Part shown: positions 22,916 through 33,087 of the stretch, piece after piece
How positions within the stretch are numbered: the first letter of the stretch is position 1
How the letters are laid out: each line of letters opens with the position of its first letter
DNA from: an uncultured candidatus Porisulfidus sp.
GTDB taxonomy: Bacteria > Pseudomonadota > Gammaproteobacteria > Poriferisulfidales > Poriferisulfidaceae
DNA: 64,000 bases
Direction of reading: 5' to 3'
Assembly: GCA_965199755.1 (NCBI GenBank)
Contig: CBDASZ010000001.1
Location: 608,001 to 672,000 of the forward strand
Notes under the pieces: model-generated
Database searches by the model: none
What the model saw: only the letters and a program-made list of their open reading frames with translations
What the model was told of the DNA's origin: nothing
Program-made: the position numbers and the translations under genes

Positions 22916-23064
22916 AAGCAGCAAGGCGATGGTTTGAAGGGATATTCAGTGATTATACCCAAAAAATTAATGAACACTGATGACTTTTTAATGTAGCGGG
23001 GACTAAAAGTGTACCCGCTAGCTTTTGGCGAACACACTAGGAGACGGGCATGCCGGGAGATTTA

Positions 23065-25788
23065 TCAGTAGCGATAGATCACGCGGGCACCCCAGCGGCG
23101 ACCTTTGTTGGTGATCGGCTCAAACGTGGCACCGGATCCCTGATATTGCGGTAAGGTCACGAGCGGCAGGTTCGTGCGCGGATCAATCACGCCACATGTG
23201 GAGCTCGGATTGCCCGGACATTGCCCGCCGGGGAAGTTTGGATAGAAGTTGGATACGCCGCCATTGGCGACTTCATCCAGCAGGTTCTTGCCAAATAAGG
23301 ACAGTTGCAAACGTCCGTCTGCCGACGTGTAGGTCAGGCTTGCCTGCAACAGGTCCACTTGTCGCAGTATGCCCTCATTGGTTTCGTTGGCTTCGGCCTT
23401 GTCGCGGTGGCTGAAGTCCAGCCGCGACGTCAGAAGGCCGCCGCCGAAACCAGTCAGTTGTTTGTTGTGTTGCAGTCCCAGACTGAAGGTCAGGGGTACC
23501 ATACGCGGAATGTCCAGCGCGAGGTCTTTATCGTCAATGACGTTGTCCAGATTCAGGTCATACAGGATATTGTCGTATTCGCCGTCCGTGTAGCCGACCG
23601 CGACATTCATTGAGAGGTTTTCTGTCAGCCGCGCCCGTGCATCAAATTCTATGCCCTCGAAGGTCGCATCGGCGGTGTTTAAGATGCGCTGCACGACGAC
23701 AGCGACAGGGTGCTGCCGACTCAGTTCGCGCTGCATGTTGGTTACCTCGCTGCGGAACACGGCCACGTTGGTGGTTAGGCCGCCGTCAAACCAGCTGGCT
23801 TTGACGCCGATCTCGTAAGAGTCCTGACGCTCTTCGTTATGCGCCGACGGATCATTGTCCGGATCAGTGTGGCGGAAGTTGTAGCCGCCGCTGCGGAATC
23901 CCTTGCTCCAGGAAGCATAAACGTTCATGTCGTCGGTCGGCCGATATTGCAGGCCAATCCGGGGTGTCCAGTTGTCCCAACTTTGGGTTTCCGTGAAGCT
24001 GTAGTTGCAACTGCGTGCCCCGTAGTCACACAGCGAGGGCGCGTAGTACAGGCCGCCGACAGTAAATCGTTCCGGGTCGTCACCGGGCGTCGCGCCGTCA
24101 GTGTAGATGTCGTTATTGAAGGCGGCGATGCCGGCTTCTTTTTTCTCGTAGGTGTACCGCGCCCCAAGACTGAGCGTGAAGGCATCGGTGAGGTGCACGT
24201 CGGCGCTCATAAATGCGCCGCGGGTAGTCTGGTCTTGCGTGCCGCCCAAGGTTGCATCAACCCAGCTGTTGCGCTGTTGTGCTATTCCGCCGGAGTGTGT
24301 GAGCAGGCCGTCGAGCGCGGTTAGCTGCGCGATCTGTGCTTGCAAAGACTGCGTCAGCGCGGGTAGCTGTTCTGGTGGCAGGGGCAATTGGGGTAGCAGC
24401 GTCTGTAGGTCAGGGTCCGTCAGCAACGTGAGCCATTCTCTCGTGTTAGTGGGCTTGCCAATCGGGTCTTGCATCTTAGCCATTTTGATGTTATTCAGCG
24501 CGGCGAGTACCGCTCCAAAGGCCATTTCGCCGCCCAGCAGGCCGATGGTTCCGGTTTCGGCCTCGGCCGCGATGGCTTGGTCCACACCGACCACAACACC
24601 GCGCGCGGGTTTGTAGTGAGGATCTTCCTGAATAACGCGCCGCTCATGGTAGTCAAGGTCCTGATCAAACCAGTAAAGACCTGCCGTTATGTCCACGGTA
24701 TCTTCAAAAAACGACCCAAAATATCGGAACTCATTGCTGAATTGCTCCTGATCTATCGCGCCGTAGCCGTGCAGAATGCTGATATCGCTGGAATCAACGT
24801 CTGACAGGGCATCGCTCGTGTATCGTCGCCAACCGAAGATGTTGGTGATGGTGCCGTTGCCCAGCGCCACGTCACGTGTGAACTCGGCAATGGCTTGCGT
24901 CCAGTAGGAATGGCTAAAGCCCTCTTGGTCGACCGCAAAGTCGAAGGAATTTGGCGAATACAGTCCGAGGTTCTGTGCTGTGGGACCGTCTGCATCACTC
25001 TGCCCGCGCTCGAACTGCATATTCAGTTCGGATTCATCCGAGATGTGCCAGGTCAGGGAGGGGCGGACCAAAGTGACGTCATAGCCGCCGAAATCATCAT
25101 TGCCATCGTGCAGATTGGTGTGCCAGCCGTCATCATCCGAGCTGTAGACCGCCAGACGCCCGTTGAGGGTGCCGGGGATGAGGGGGCCGGAGACAGTCAT
25201 TGCCCTGACCATTTCGGGTCCGGCACCGACATCGCCACGCATACTGAACTCGAACTCATCCGTGGGTTTGCGATGGCGCAGCATGACTGCGCCGCCGGTC
25301 ACATTGCGCCCGAACAAAAGCCCCTGTGGTCCGCGCAGGATTTCCACGGCTTCCATATCAAAGAAGTCATTGAGCACACCGGCGGTAATGCCAATGTAGA
25401 CGCCATCGACAAAGACGCCGACGGTCGGGTCAATCGACGGGATTGAACTGTTGATGCCTTGCCCGCGAATCGTGAAGTTGGCAATGCCGCGCACGGTGCC
25501 TACGTCTTCGAGCAGTACATTGGGCGCGACGCCGCTGAGGCTTTTGAGGTCGCGCGCCAGAAGGCTGTCGAGTTTATCGCTTGAAAACAAACTAACGGAT
25601 AGAGGAACATCCTGTGCCGTTTCAGACACACTGCGCTTGCGAGCCGTAATGACGAGTTCCTCACTGTCTTCCGCAGAGGCTTCGTCCTGCGCCGTAGCAA
25701 GAGACATGCCACCGAACAAAAATCCAGATGCAATCAGTGTGATTCCAGCGCTGCGCAGGCACCAAGTAATTCCTCCAGAGTCGCGCAT
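23065..25788 (-). CDS. TonB-dependent outer-membrane receptor
   Basis: TonB box EELVITARKR, IRGQG, VGVFVDGVY, EILRGPQGLLFGRN, KGFRSGGYN, terminal VIYRY; AGGAG RBS. Confidence 0.95.
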   Translation of the reverse strand: MRDSGGITWCLRSAGITLIASGFLFGGMSLATAQDEASAEDSEELVITARKRSVSETAQDVPLSVSLFSSDKLDSLLARDLKSLSGVAPNVLLEDVGTVRGIANFTIRGQGINSSIPSIDPTVGVFVDGVYIGITAGVLNDFFDMEAVEILRGPQGLLFGRNVTGGAVMLRHRKPTDEFEFSMRGDVGAGPEMVRAMTVSGPLIPGTLNGRLAVYSSDDDGWHTNLHDGNDDFGGYDVTLVRPSLTWHISDESELNMQFERGQSDADGPTAQNLGLYSPNSFDFAVDQEGFSHSYWTQAIAEFTRDVALGNGTITNIFGWRRYTSDALSDVDSSDISILHGYGAIDQEQFSNEFRYFGSFFEDTVDITAGLYWFDQDLDYHERRVIQEDPHYKPARGVVVGVDQAIAAEAETGTIGLLGGEMAFGAVLAALNNIKMAKMQDPIGKPTNTREWLTLLTDPDLQTLLPQLPLPPEQLPALTQSLQAQIAQLTALDGLLTHSGGIAQQRNSWVDATLGGTQDQTTRGAFMSADVHLTDAFTLSLGARYTYEKKEAGIAAFNNDIYTDGATPGDDPERFTVGGLYYAPSLCDYGARSCNYSFTETQSWDNWTPRIGLQYRPTDDMNVYASWSKGFRSGGYNFRHTDPDNDPSAHNEERQDSYEIGVKASWFDGGLTTNVAVFRSEVTNMQRELSRQHPVAVVVQRILNTADATFEGIEFDARARLTENLSMNVAVGYTDGEYDNILYDLNLDNVIDDKDLALDIPRMVPLTFSLGLQHNKQLTGFGGGLLTSRLDFSHRDKAEANETNEGILRQVDLLQASLTYTSADGRLQLSLFGKNLLDEVANGGVSNFYPNFPGGQCPGNPSSTCGVIDPRTNLPLVTLPQYQGSGATFEPITNKGRRWGARVIYRY

Positions 25789-25985
25789 GTCACTCTCCTC
25801 CAGTTCGTAGCGAATGTGGCAGCATTATACGAATTGAGGCGCTGATCGCATCCGGTATGGAGGTCTGTCATATGCTGCCTGTATGAGCAGCATTGATAGT
25901 CCATGGGGACTGAAAAGGCAACATTTGCAAGCAAATATTGCCCATCCTATTGACGGATCATTGAGGTCGCCTGTCTACGTGGGAC

Positions 25986-26660
25986 CTAAAAGGCCCTGCC
26001 GAACAGAGACGAACGCCTCTCCCCGTCCAGCCGCGCCAGGTCCAGGTCTAGGTGAATCTCATCCTCGCTGGTCGCAATGTGTTCGGCACTCCAGTGCACT
26101 CCGATCGCCTGACCATTATCCGGCGGCACCACGTCCGGGGGTTCCCCAAACACCGTGACATACCACTTGTCGCGTACGTCGCGCCGCACCACGGCTTACT
26201 TGGCAGTGCCATGCGCCCAAGGATCATCGCCTCCGCGGCTGACGGGGGCACAGCCGACTTTCGATATCCGCAGCCGGTTGTTCTCGATTTCAACACTCTG
26301 CGGAATCGTGAACGAACACTTGCTTTTTCGATATTTTGGTTTGGGCAATATGCGCTTTCCTGCGGCCGCCTCCCGCACGGCTTCAGAGAAATAACTTAGC
26401 ACATGGCGAATTTCAGCGTTGGGCAGACCTAGGAGCCGTTCATGGCCTTCACTGTGGCGCAGTTTTGTGAACTTCGAGCCGAGATTGTAGAACTGAAAGT
26501 TCGGTTTTTCACCGTGACTTTCCCGATCCGCATTCAGCACATCCAAATGTTCCCCCAAAGCCCAGTTCCAGACATAGTGTCAGCTCCCCCGCGATGTGCG
26601 CAAGTTTCCGGGTCCGGCGCAAGGTGTTGGGTGGAGCCGATAGATGGAGGTACGGATCAT
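25986..26660 (-). mobile_element. tnpB: Decayed IS200/IS605-family tnpB (pseudogene)
   Basis: YRLHPT..*HYVWNWAL (HTH), PKPKYRK..SFTIP, KWYVTV, GQAIGVH (RuvC-I Asp lost); two in-frame stops; no zinc finger. Confidence 0.8.
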
Positions 26661-26846
26661 GGGGGATAGCATGCTAGAGCGGAATATCATCAGATGATAT
26701 TCCAATTTTGCCCATTAGCAGGCCGATTGGTCCGCAAAACACTTCCATTTACAACAGTATTGAGGGCTGCATACAGGCCAAAACTGGTAGGTGGGAAAGG
26801 TGAGTCCGCGCTTTTCGGACAACCTCATTTGAGGCGTGGTGCGTGC

Positions 26847-28625
26847 TTAGGAATCCAGCGGGATCACCTGTCCTTGACGAAAGTACGCCCAGTCAAGGGT
26901 GCGGAACACGCGCCGTCCCGGCAACACCGAGAGGCGACCCGTCCAGCCTTTGAGCACAGTATTCGGTCGGGTTTCAAGATAGCTCAGATTCATGGCCAGC
27001 AGTCCGGCGTCGGCACCGAGCGCGAAAAAGCGCGGCAGTTGTTTGGCAATGGAACTGTGCTGGAGTTCCTGACGCAGGCTTTCGCGCAAAATCATGGGCG
27101 CGTCACAGAACCGAATGTCATCGAGGTCCTGATCCTGCAGCGGGCTTGGGACGCCGGTATAGATATGCGAGGTGGTGTAGACCGGCAGGTCTTGCGCGTA
27201 GTAGAAGTCCAGTTGCGGTTTGAACAGGCGGGCGTTGCGCGGGGAACTGGCCAGAAACACCATGTCAATGTCCTGTCGCCGTGACGGGCGCGACACCACT
27301 TCCTGACCGAGCACTTCCTCCAGGCGGTGCTGGCGCTGTTCGCCGGAAGACAGTTGCAGCGAGTCCTTGATTTGCACTGTGTGATCGGAGGCCCTCGCGA
27401 AATAAAACGCCTTGTCCCGGAGGATGCCGCCGCCGGCCTCAAAGGCTTCCGTGAAACTCTGATACAGGCGTCGTCCCCAGTTGCTGTTGGGCACGAACGC
27501 CAGCGCGGAGCGGTGGCCGTCCTCCAGCGCGCGTTGCGCTACCTGCACGGCCTCATCCTCAGGCAGCAGGCCGAATTGATGCAGGTGCTCCAGATTCGCG
27601 GTGCCGCTGTCCAGATAGTTCAGACTCAAGGTTGGCACCGTCATCACGTCGGCGCGCGCCAGTTGCGCGACTGCGCTTTTGGCAAATGGCCCAATGATGC
27701 GATCAGCGCCGTCAGCGACCGCTTGCTGATACAGCAGGGTGACTTCGGCCGCGGCGTCGCCGGTGTCGTAGATCATCAGTTCCGGGGCCTCGCCGGGCAG
27801 GGTGCGCAGATGTTTCATCAGTCCGGCGCGAATGGCTTGGCCGACCGGTGCGAGCTGGCCGCTCAATGGCAACAGCGCGGCAATTTGCTGAATGTTGGGA
27901 CGCAGCGCCTGCAAGGCGGCCAGCACAGTGGGCAGCCACTCGCTTCCGGGATGTTCGGGGTAGTTGCGACGCCACTCGCGCATAGTGTCGCGCGGCGAGA
28001 TCAACGGTACTTGTTCGGGCTGGGCGAGCAGCGCCAGATCCAGCCACCCGCGCCATTGTTCGTCCTGACTGCGCTCGCGCCAGTCTTGCAATTGCTGCAA
28101 GTCGATGGCCGCGAGTTGATTCCAGGCGCGCTGAAACTCCGCGCGTCGAGCCTCGGTGTTCAGACCTGCAGCGCGCTGCAGGCGGGTGCGCGTGCTGTTT
28201 TCGACATCCTTGAGTTGCTCGTACAACTGCATCTGCAATTCGAGCGTTGCCATGTCCTGCGGGAACGGCGGCAGCACCGCCAGCGCCGCAAGATGGTCTC
28301 CGTGGTAGCGAAAGACGTAGGCTTGCAGGAGCCGCAGTTCCGGCTGCCGTTCAGGCGGGAGGTCATTCGCTTTCAGCGCCGGCAGCCAGGTGCTGAGCGC
28401 GTCCCACTGTGCTTCGTCGCGCCAACTTTGCAGCAATTCAAGGCGCCGCAAGGCGCGCTGCCCAACCGGCAACTCGGCGCTTTGCTCCCAAACTTGATCT
28501 GACGACAGTTCCAGCAGGGTTTCCTGCGGCGAAATCTCTTCCTCTTCTTTCAGTTCAAACACGCCAACACAGCCGGCCAGCAGGATCGCGACCAGCGATA
28601 AAGGCAGAAGGGGGCGAAATGACAT
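26847..28625 (-). CDS. lpoA: Penicillin-binding protein activator LpoA/LppC
   Basis: Lipobox LLAGC, GWLDLA, WRRNYPEHP, IAALLPLSG, QFGLLPEDEA, WGRR, ALGADA. Confidence 0.9.
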   Translation of the reverse strand: MSFRPLLPLSLVAILLAGCVGVFELKEEEEISPQETLLELSSDQVWEQSAELPVGQRALRRLELLQSWRDEAQWDALSTWLPALKANDLPPERQPELRLLQAYVFRYHGDHLAALAVLPPFPQDMATLELQMQLYEQLKDVENSTRTRLQRAAGLNTEARRAEFQRAWNQLAAIDLQQLQDWRERSQDEQWRGWLDLALLAQPEQVPLISPRDTMREWRRNYPEHPGSEWLPTVLAALQALRPNIQQIAALLPLSGQLAPVGQAIRAGLMKHLRTLPGEAPELMIYDTGDAAAEVTLLYQQAVADGADRIIGPFAKSAVAQLARADVMTVPTLSLNYLDSGTANLEHLHQFGLLPEDEAVQVAQRALEDGHRSALAFVPNSNWGRRLYQSFTEAFEAGGGILRDKAFYFARASDHTVQIKDSLQLSSGEQRQHRLEEVLGQEVVSRPSRRQDIDMVFLASSPRNARLFKPQLDFYYAQDLPVYTTSHIYTGVPSPLQDQDLDDIRFCDAPMILRESLRQELQHSSIAKQLPRFFALGADAGLLAMNLSYLETRPNTVLKGWTGRLSVLPGRRVFRTLDWAYFRQGQVIPLDS

Positions 28626-28697
28626 GATGTGCGCGCCGATGTCTATTGTACGGGGTGCTGCAGACCAGTGGCTGTTAAAATCGGATAATGCGCGTGA

Positions 28698-29669
28698 ATG
28701 ACAGGGCTGACTACGGGCAGAATGGACGATTTCTCCGAGGCTTTTGAAGTGTCTGCGCAGTATGCGAAGCAGCGCCTTGATGTGGTGCTGGCGCAGTTGA
28801 TGCCAGACTACTCGCGCAATCGCGTGCAGGGCTGGATTCGGGCCGGGCGGGTTCTGGTGGATGGCGAAGTGCTGCGCCCGCGCGATCGATTGCAGGGTAC
28901 GGAGCGCATTGAGGTGTGGCCGAAGCAGGCGGCACCGCAGAGTTATGCGCCGCAGGACATATCATTGCAGATCGTGCATACCGATACGGATCTGATTATC
29001 ATCAACAAACCCGCCGGGCTGGTGATGCACCCCGCACCCGGGCATGCGGACGGCACCTTGCTGAACGCATTGCTGTTTCATTTTCCCGAGACGGCATATA
29101 TCCCACGTGCTGGTATCGTGCATCGTCTGGACCGTGACACCACCGGGCTGGTCGCCGTGGCGCGAACTGAGGCGGCAAGCCTGTCGCTGACGCGGCAATT
29201 GCAGGAGCGCACCATGCACCGGCAATATCAGGCACTGGTGCATGGCGAGATGATCGCCGGACAGACGCTGGACGCGCCGGTCGGAAGGCACCCGCGCTCA
29301 CGTCAGCAGTGGTGCGTTCGCCACGGCGGTCGCGAAGCGATCACGCACTTTCGCGTTCACAAGCGCTATGCAGGCATGACATTGCTGGACGTGCGGCTGG
29401 AAACCGGCCGCACGCATCAAATCCGCGTGCACCTGAGTCATCTTGGTCATCCGGTTGTCGGGGATCCGGTGTATGGGGGTACGCGGCGCATGCCGGCAGG
29501 ATTGACGCCGGAGCTCCGCGATAGCGTCGCCGCGTTTCGCCGTCAGGCCCTGCACGCTGCCACGCTGAAATTGCGCCACCCGACTCAGGATCAGGAGCGC
29601 AGCTGGGAGGCCCCGCTGCCAGAAGACTTTCAGACCTTGCTGGAGTTGCTCGATGAGCAAGCCGCTTGA
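28698..29669 (+). CDS. rluD: 23S rRNA pseudouridine synthase RluD
   Basis: S4 domain, NKPAGLVMHP, GIVHRLDRDTTG, LETGRTHQIRVH, RQALHA. Confidence 0.96.
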   Translation: MTGLTTGRMDDFSEAFEVSAQYAKQRLDVVLAQLMPDYSRNRVQGWIRAGRVLVDGEVLRPRDRLQGTERIEVWPKQAAPQSYAPQDISLQIVHTDTDLIIINKPAGLVMHPAPGHADGTLLNALLFHFPETAYIPRAGIVHRLDRDTTGLVAVARTEAASLSLTRQLQERTMHRQYQALVHGEMIAGQTLDAPVGRHPRSRQQWCVRHGGREAITHFRVHKRYAGMTLLDVRLETGRTHQIRVHLSHLGHPVVGDPVYGGTRRMPAGLTPELRDSVAAFRRQALHAATLKLRHPTQDQERSWEAPLPEDFQTLLELLDEQAA

Positions 29670-30417
29670 ACTGATTCAGCCAGACTGGCCAGCCCCTTTG
29701 TGGGTTCGCGCGGTGTCGACCACACGCATCGGCGGCGTCAGCCAAGGGGCGTATCAAGGGCTTAATCTGGGCGAGAGCATCGACGATGACCCCGAAGCCG
29801 TAAATACCAACCGAAAACTTTTGGCGCAGGCGGCAGCCTTACCCGGTGAGCCGGTGTGGCTGCGCCAGCAGCACACGGTGCGCGTGATCGAAGCAACAGA
29901 AGATGCAAACAGGCAGGCTGATGCCAGTTACACGCAGCAGGCCGGGGTAGTCTGCGTGATCAAGACGGCGGACTGTCTGCCGGTGCTGCTGTGTTCACAG
30001 ACCCGTCGCTGGGTGGCTGCCGTGCATGTCGGCTGGCGCGGTGCCGCGGGCAATATTCTCAGCCATGCGGTGGCCGCGTATCCCGGCTCCCCTGAGGATT
30101 TGCTGGCCTGGTTGGGGCCGACCATCAGCGCGGCGCATTATGAAGTGGATGAGGCGGTGCGGTGCGAATTGGATGTGTCATTGGCGCGTCAGGCGTTGCG
30201 CGAGTCAACGCGGGCCGGGCACTGGCTGTTGAGCCTGAGCGATGCGGCGCGCTGGCAACTTACACAGGCCGGGGTGTCTCATATCAGTCAGAACTGCAGC
30301 CCCGACACGCACGCGCCGCTGTGTACCCACACAGAGAAAGAGCATTTTTATTCGTATCGAAGAGAGGGTGTGACAGGTCGTATGGCGACGTTGATATGGA
30401 TGGAGCCTGAGGTGTAG
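29653..30417 (+). CDS. pgeF: Peptidoglycan editing factor PgeF (YfiH)
   Basis: TTRIGGVS, WLRQQH, TADCLPVL, FYSYRREGVTGRMA; rluD-pgeF-clpB order. Confidence 0.93.
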   Translation: MSKPLELIQPDWPAPLWVRAVSTTRIGGVSQGAYQGLNLGESIDDDPEAVNTNRKLLAQAAALPGEPVWLRQQHTVRVIEATEDANRQADASYTQQAGVVCVIKTADCLPVLLCSQTRRWVAAVHVGWRGAAGNILSHAVAAYPGSPEDLLAWLGPTISAAHYEVDEAVRCELDVSLARQALRESTRAGHWLLSLSDAARWQLTQAGVSHISQNCSPDTHAPLCTHTEKEHFYSYRREGVTGRMATLIWMEPEV

Positions 30418-30450
30418 TGATTGAGTGATGGCGGCGCGTAAAGGGTGTGG

Positions 30451-30479
30451 TTGAATTTGTGCGGTGTAAGCCACAAATT
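30451..30479 (+). promoter_or_regulatory. Possible sigma32-type promoter with 8-bp inverted repeat upstream of clpB
   Basis: TTGAAT-N13-GCCACAAAT; AATTTGTG-N10-CACAAATT. Confidence 0.4.
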
Positions 30480-30513
30480 TTAAGTAAGAGAGAACATCCG
30501 AAGAGGGACTGAT

Positions 30514-33087
30514 ATGGCCCTGGACAAATTGACAGAACCGCTTGGCCGCGCCCTGATGGAAGCGCAGTCGCTGGCTGTGGGCGACGGCTGCGCGGAGATT
30601 GATCCGGCGCATCTGCTGATGGCGTTGCTGGAACGCTCGGATACGGCGGCGGAGAGTTTGCTGCGCACGGCGGGTGCGGACATAACGCGCTTGCGCGGGG
30701 ATCTGCGCCAGCATCTGGAGGGCTTGCCGCGCATTACCGGTGAGCAGGGAGAGATTCGCCCGTCGCGAGACTTGCTGCGACTGATGAATGTAACTGACAA
30801 GCTGGCGCATGATCGCGGTGATCAATACCTGTCCTCAGAATTATTTCTGGTTGCGGCGCAGCAGGGCCGCCGGGAGATGGGGAAGATGTTGCAGGCCGCT
30901 GGCGTGGATGGTGACGCGCTGCGCAAGGCGATTGAAGAATTGCGTGGTGGAAAGAGCGTTCAGGATCCGAATGCGGAGCAGCAGCGCCAGGCGCTGGAGT
31001 TATATACCGATGACCTGACGGCGCGGGCCGAGCAAGGCAAGATTGATCCCATTATTGGTCGCGATGAGGAAATTCGCCGCGCCATTCAGGTCCTGCAACG
31101 ACGCACCAAAAACAACCCGGTGCTGATTGGTGAGGCGGGCGTTGGTAAGACCGCGGTGGTGGAAGGCTTGGCCCAGCGCATCGTCAATAGCGAAGTGCCG
31201 GAGAGTCTGCGCAACCGCCGGGTGCTGGCGCTGGATCTGGCCGCGTTGCTCGCCGGCGCGAAATATCGCGGCGAGTTCGAGGAGCGCCTGAAAGCCGTGC
31301 TGAAAGAGTTGCAAGACATGCAAGGCGAGGCCATTTTGTTCATTGACGAGTTGCACAACCTAGTCGGAGCCGGGCGCGCGGAAGGCTCCATTGATGCCGG
31401 CAACATGCTCAAGCCGGCGCTGGCGCGCGGCGAGTTGCATTGCATTGGCGCGACCACTCTGGATGAGTATCGGGAGAATCTGGAGAAGGACGCGGCTTTG
31501 GAGCGACGCTTTCAGAAGATTCTGGTAGAAGAGCCAGGCGTGGAAGACACCGTCGCCATCTTGCGCGGCATCAAGGAGCGCTACGAAGTGCATCACGGCA
31601 TTGAGATCACGGATCCTGCGCTGGTCGCGGCCGCCACCTTGTCCGCACGCTATCTGCCGGATCGCCGTCTGCCGGACAAGGCCATTGACCTCATTGATGA
31701 GGCGGCGTCACGGATTCGTATGGAAGTGGAGTCCATGCCGGAAGAAATGGATCGCCTCGACCGCCGGCGTATTCAGCTCAAGATTGAGCAGCAGGCGTTG
31801 CGCAAGGAAGATGACGCGGCCTCGCGCAAGCGTCTGAAGGCGTTGGAGGAAGAACTGGATCGGCTGGAGGGTGATTACGCGGCGTTGCAAGAAGTGTGGC
31901 GGGCGGAAAAGGCCGCCGTAATGGACATGGCGCAACTCAAGAAGCAACTGGAGACGGCGCGTCTTGAAATGGAGAGGGCGCAACGCGCCAATGATCTGGA
32001 GCGAGCGGCGCAGTTGCAGCATGGCGTGATCCCGGGTCTGGAGCGCCAAATGGAGGAGGCGCACAGTGCGGAGAAACCCGAAGCCACGCTGTTTCAGGAC
32101 ACAGTCACGGAAGAGGGTATCGCGGAAGTGGTGGCCCGCGCCACTGGCATTCCGGTCGCGCGTCTGCTCGAAGGCGAGCGGCAAAAGCTGTTGCGCATGG
32201 AGGAGAGCCTGCATGCGCGCGTGGTGGGACAGGATGAAGCGGTGGTGGCGGTCAGCCATGCGGTGCGTCGCGCGCGATCGGGACTGACCGAGGAGAATCG
32301 GCCGATTGGCTCGTTTCTGTTTCTGGGGCCGACCGGGGTGGGCAAGACCGAACTGTGCAAGGCGCTGGCGGAATTTTTGTTCGATGACGAGGCGGCAATG
32401 CTGCGCGTGGACATGTCGGAGTACATGGAGAAGCATTCGGTCGCGCGCCTGATCGGCGCGCCTCCGGGCTATGTAGGCTACGAGGAAGGTGGGCGGCTGA
32501 CTGAAGCGGTGCGCCGCCGTCCGTATGCCGTCATTTTGCTTGATGAAGTCGAGAAAGCGCACCCGGACGTCTTCAACGTGCTGCTGCAGGTTTTTGATGA
32601 TGGCCGCCTGACCGACGGGCATGGCCGCACGGTGGATTTCTCCAACACGGTGCTGGTGATGACCTCCAATATTGGCAGCGAGACGATCCGGCAGATGGCG
32701 CACGATGAGCATGAGCAGATGCAGCAGGCCGTGCAGCAGCAACTGCTCGATCATTTCCGCCCGGAGTTTCTCAATCGAATCGATGAGACCGTGGTCTTTC
32801 GGGTGCTTAGCCGCGAGCAGATTCACGCCATCGTGCACATGCAACTGGCGGCCTTGCGCCAGCGTTTGGTGGCGCAGGAATTGTCGCTTGAAGTATCAGC
32901 GCCGGCTGAGCAGTTTCTCAGTGATGTCGGCTATGACCCGGAATACGGTGCCCGCCCGTTGCGCCGCGCGCTGCGCAACTATCTGGAGAATCCTCTGGCG
33001 CAGGCGTTACTGGAGGGGCGATTCACGCCCGGTCAGACGATTGAGGTTGCGCGCGACGGGGATGCGCTCGGCTTCACGCCGCAGTGA
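30514..33087 (+). CDS. clpB: Chaperone ClpB
   Basis: Two AAA+ modules ([16 protein letters not shown]), coiled-coil M domain, GARPLRR. Confidence 0.98.
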   Translation: MALDKLTEPLGRALMEAQSLAVGDGCAEIDPAHLLMALLERSDTAAESLLRTAGADITRLRGDLRQHLEGLPRITGEQGEIRPSRDLLRLMNVTDKLAHDRGDQYLSSELFLVAAQQGRREMGKMLQAAGVDGDALRKAIEELRGGKSVQDPNAEQQRQALELYTDDLTARAEQGKIDPIIGRDEEIRRAIQVLQRRTKNNPVLIGEAGVGKTAVVEGLAQRIVNSEVPESLRNRRVLALDLAALLAGAKYRGEFEERLKAVLKELQDMQGEAILFIDELHNLVGAGRAEGSIDAGNMLKPALARGELHCIGATTLDEYRENLEKDAALERRFQKILVEEPGVEDTVAILRGIKERYEVHHGIEITDPALVAAATLSARYLPDRRLPDKAIDLIDEAASRIRMEVESMPEEMDRLDRRRIQLKIEQQALRKEDDAASRKRLKALEEELDRLEGDYAALQEVWRAEKAAVMDMAQLKKQLETARLEMERAQRANDLERAAQLQHGVIPGLERQMEEAHSAEKPEATLFQDTVTEEGIAEVVARATGIPVARLLEGERQKLLRMEESLHARVVGQDEAVVAVSHAVRRARSGLTEENRPIGSFLFLGPTGVGKTELCKALAEFLFDDEAAMLRVDMSEYMEKHSVARLIGAPPGYVGYEEGGRLTEAVRRRPYAVILLDEVEKAHPDVFNVLLQVFDDGRLTDGHGRTVDFSNTVLVMTSNIGSETIRQMAHDEHEQMQQAVQQQLLDHFRPEFLNRIDETVVFRVLSREQIHAIVHMQLAALRQRLVAQELSLEVSAPAEQFLSDVGYDPEYGARPLRRALRNYLENPLAQALLEGRFTPGQTIEVARDGDALGFTPQ

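Noticed and set aside
25986-26660. tnpB as an active or domesticated RNA-guided system, or part of a CRISPR locus
   Set aside because: In-frame stops and truncation; I saw no repeat-spacer array or cas gene anywhere in the window.
27327-28502. 391-aa plus-strand ORF
   Set aside because: Antisense shadow of lpoA, expected from GC-rich codon bias; no recognisable motifs.
30454-30479. Inverted repeat before clpB as a CIRCE element
   Set aside because: Sequence and spacing do not match TTAGCACTC-N9-GAGTGCTAA.
31708-32844. 378-aa minus-strand ORF
   Set aside because: Antisense shadow of clpB.
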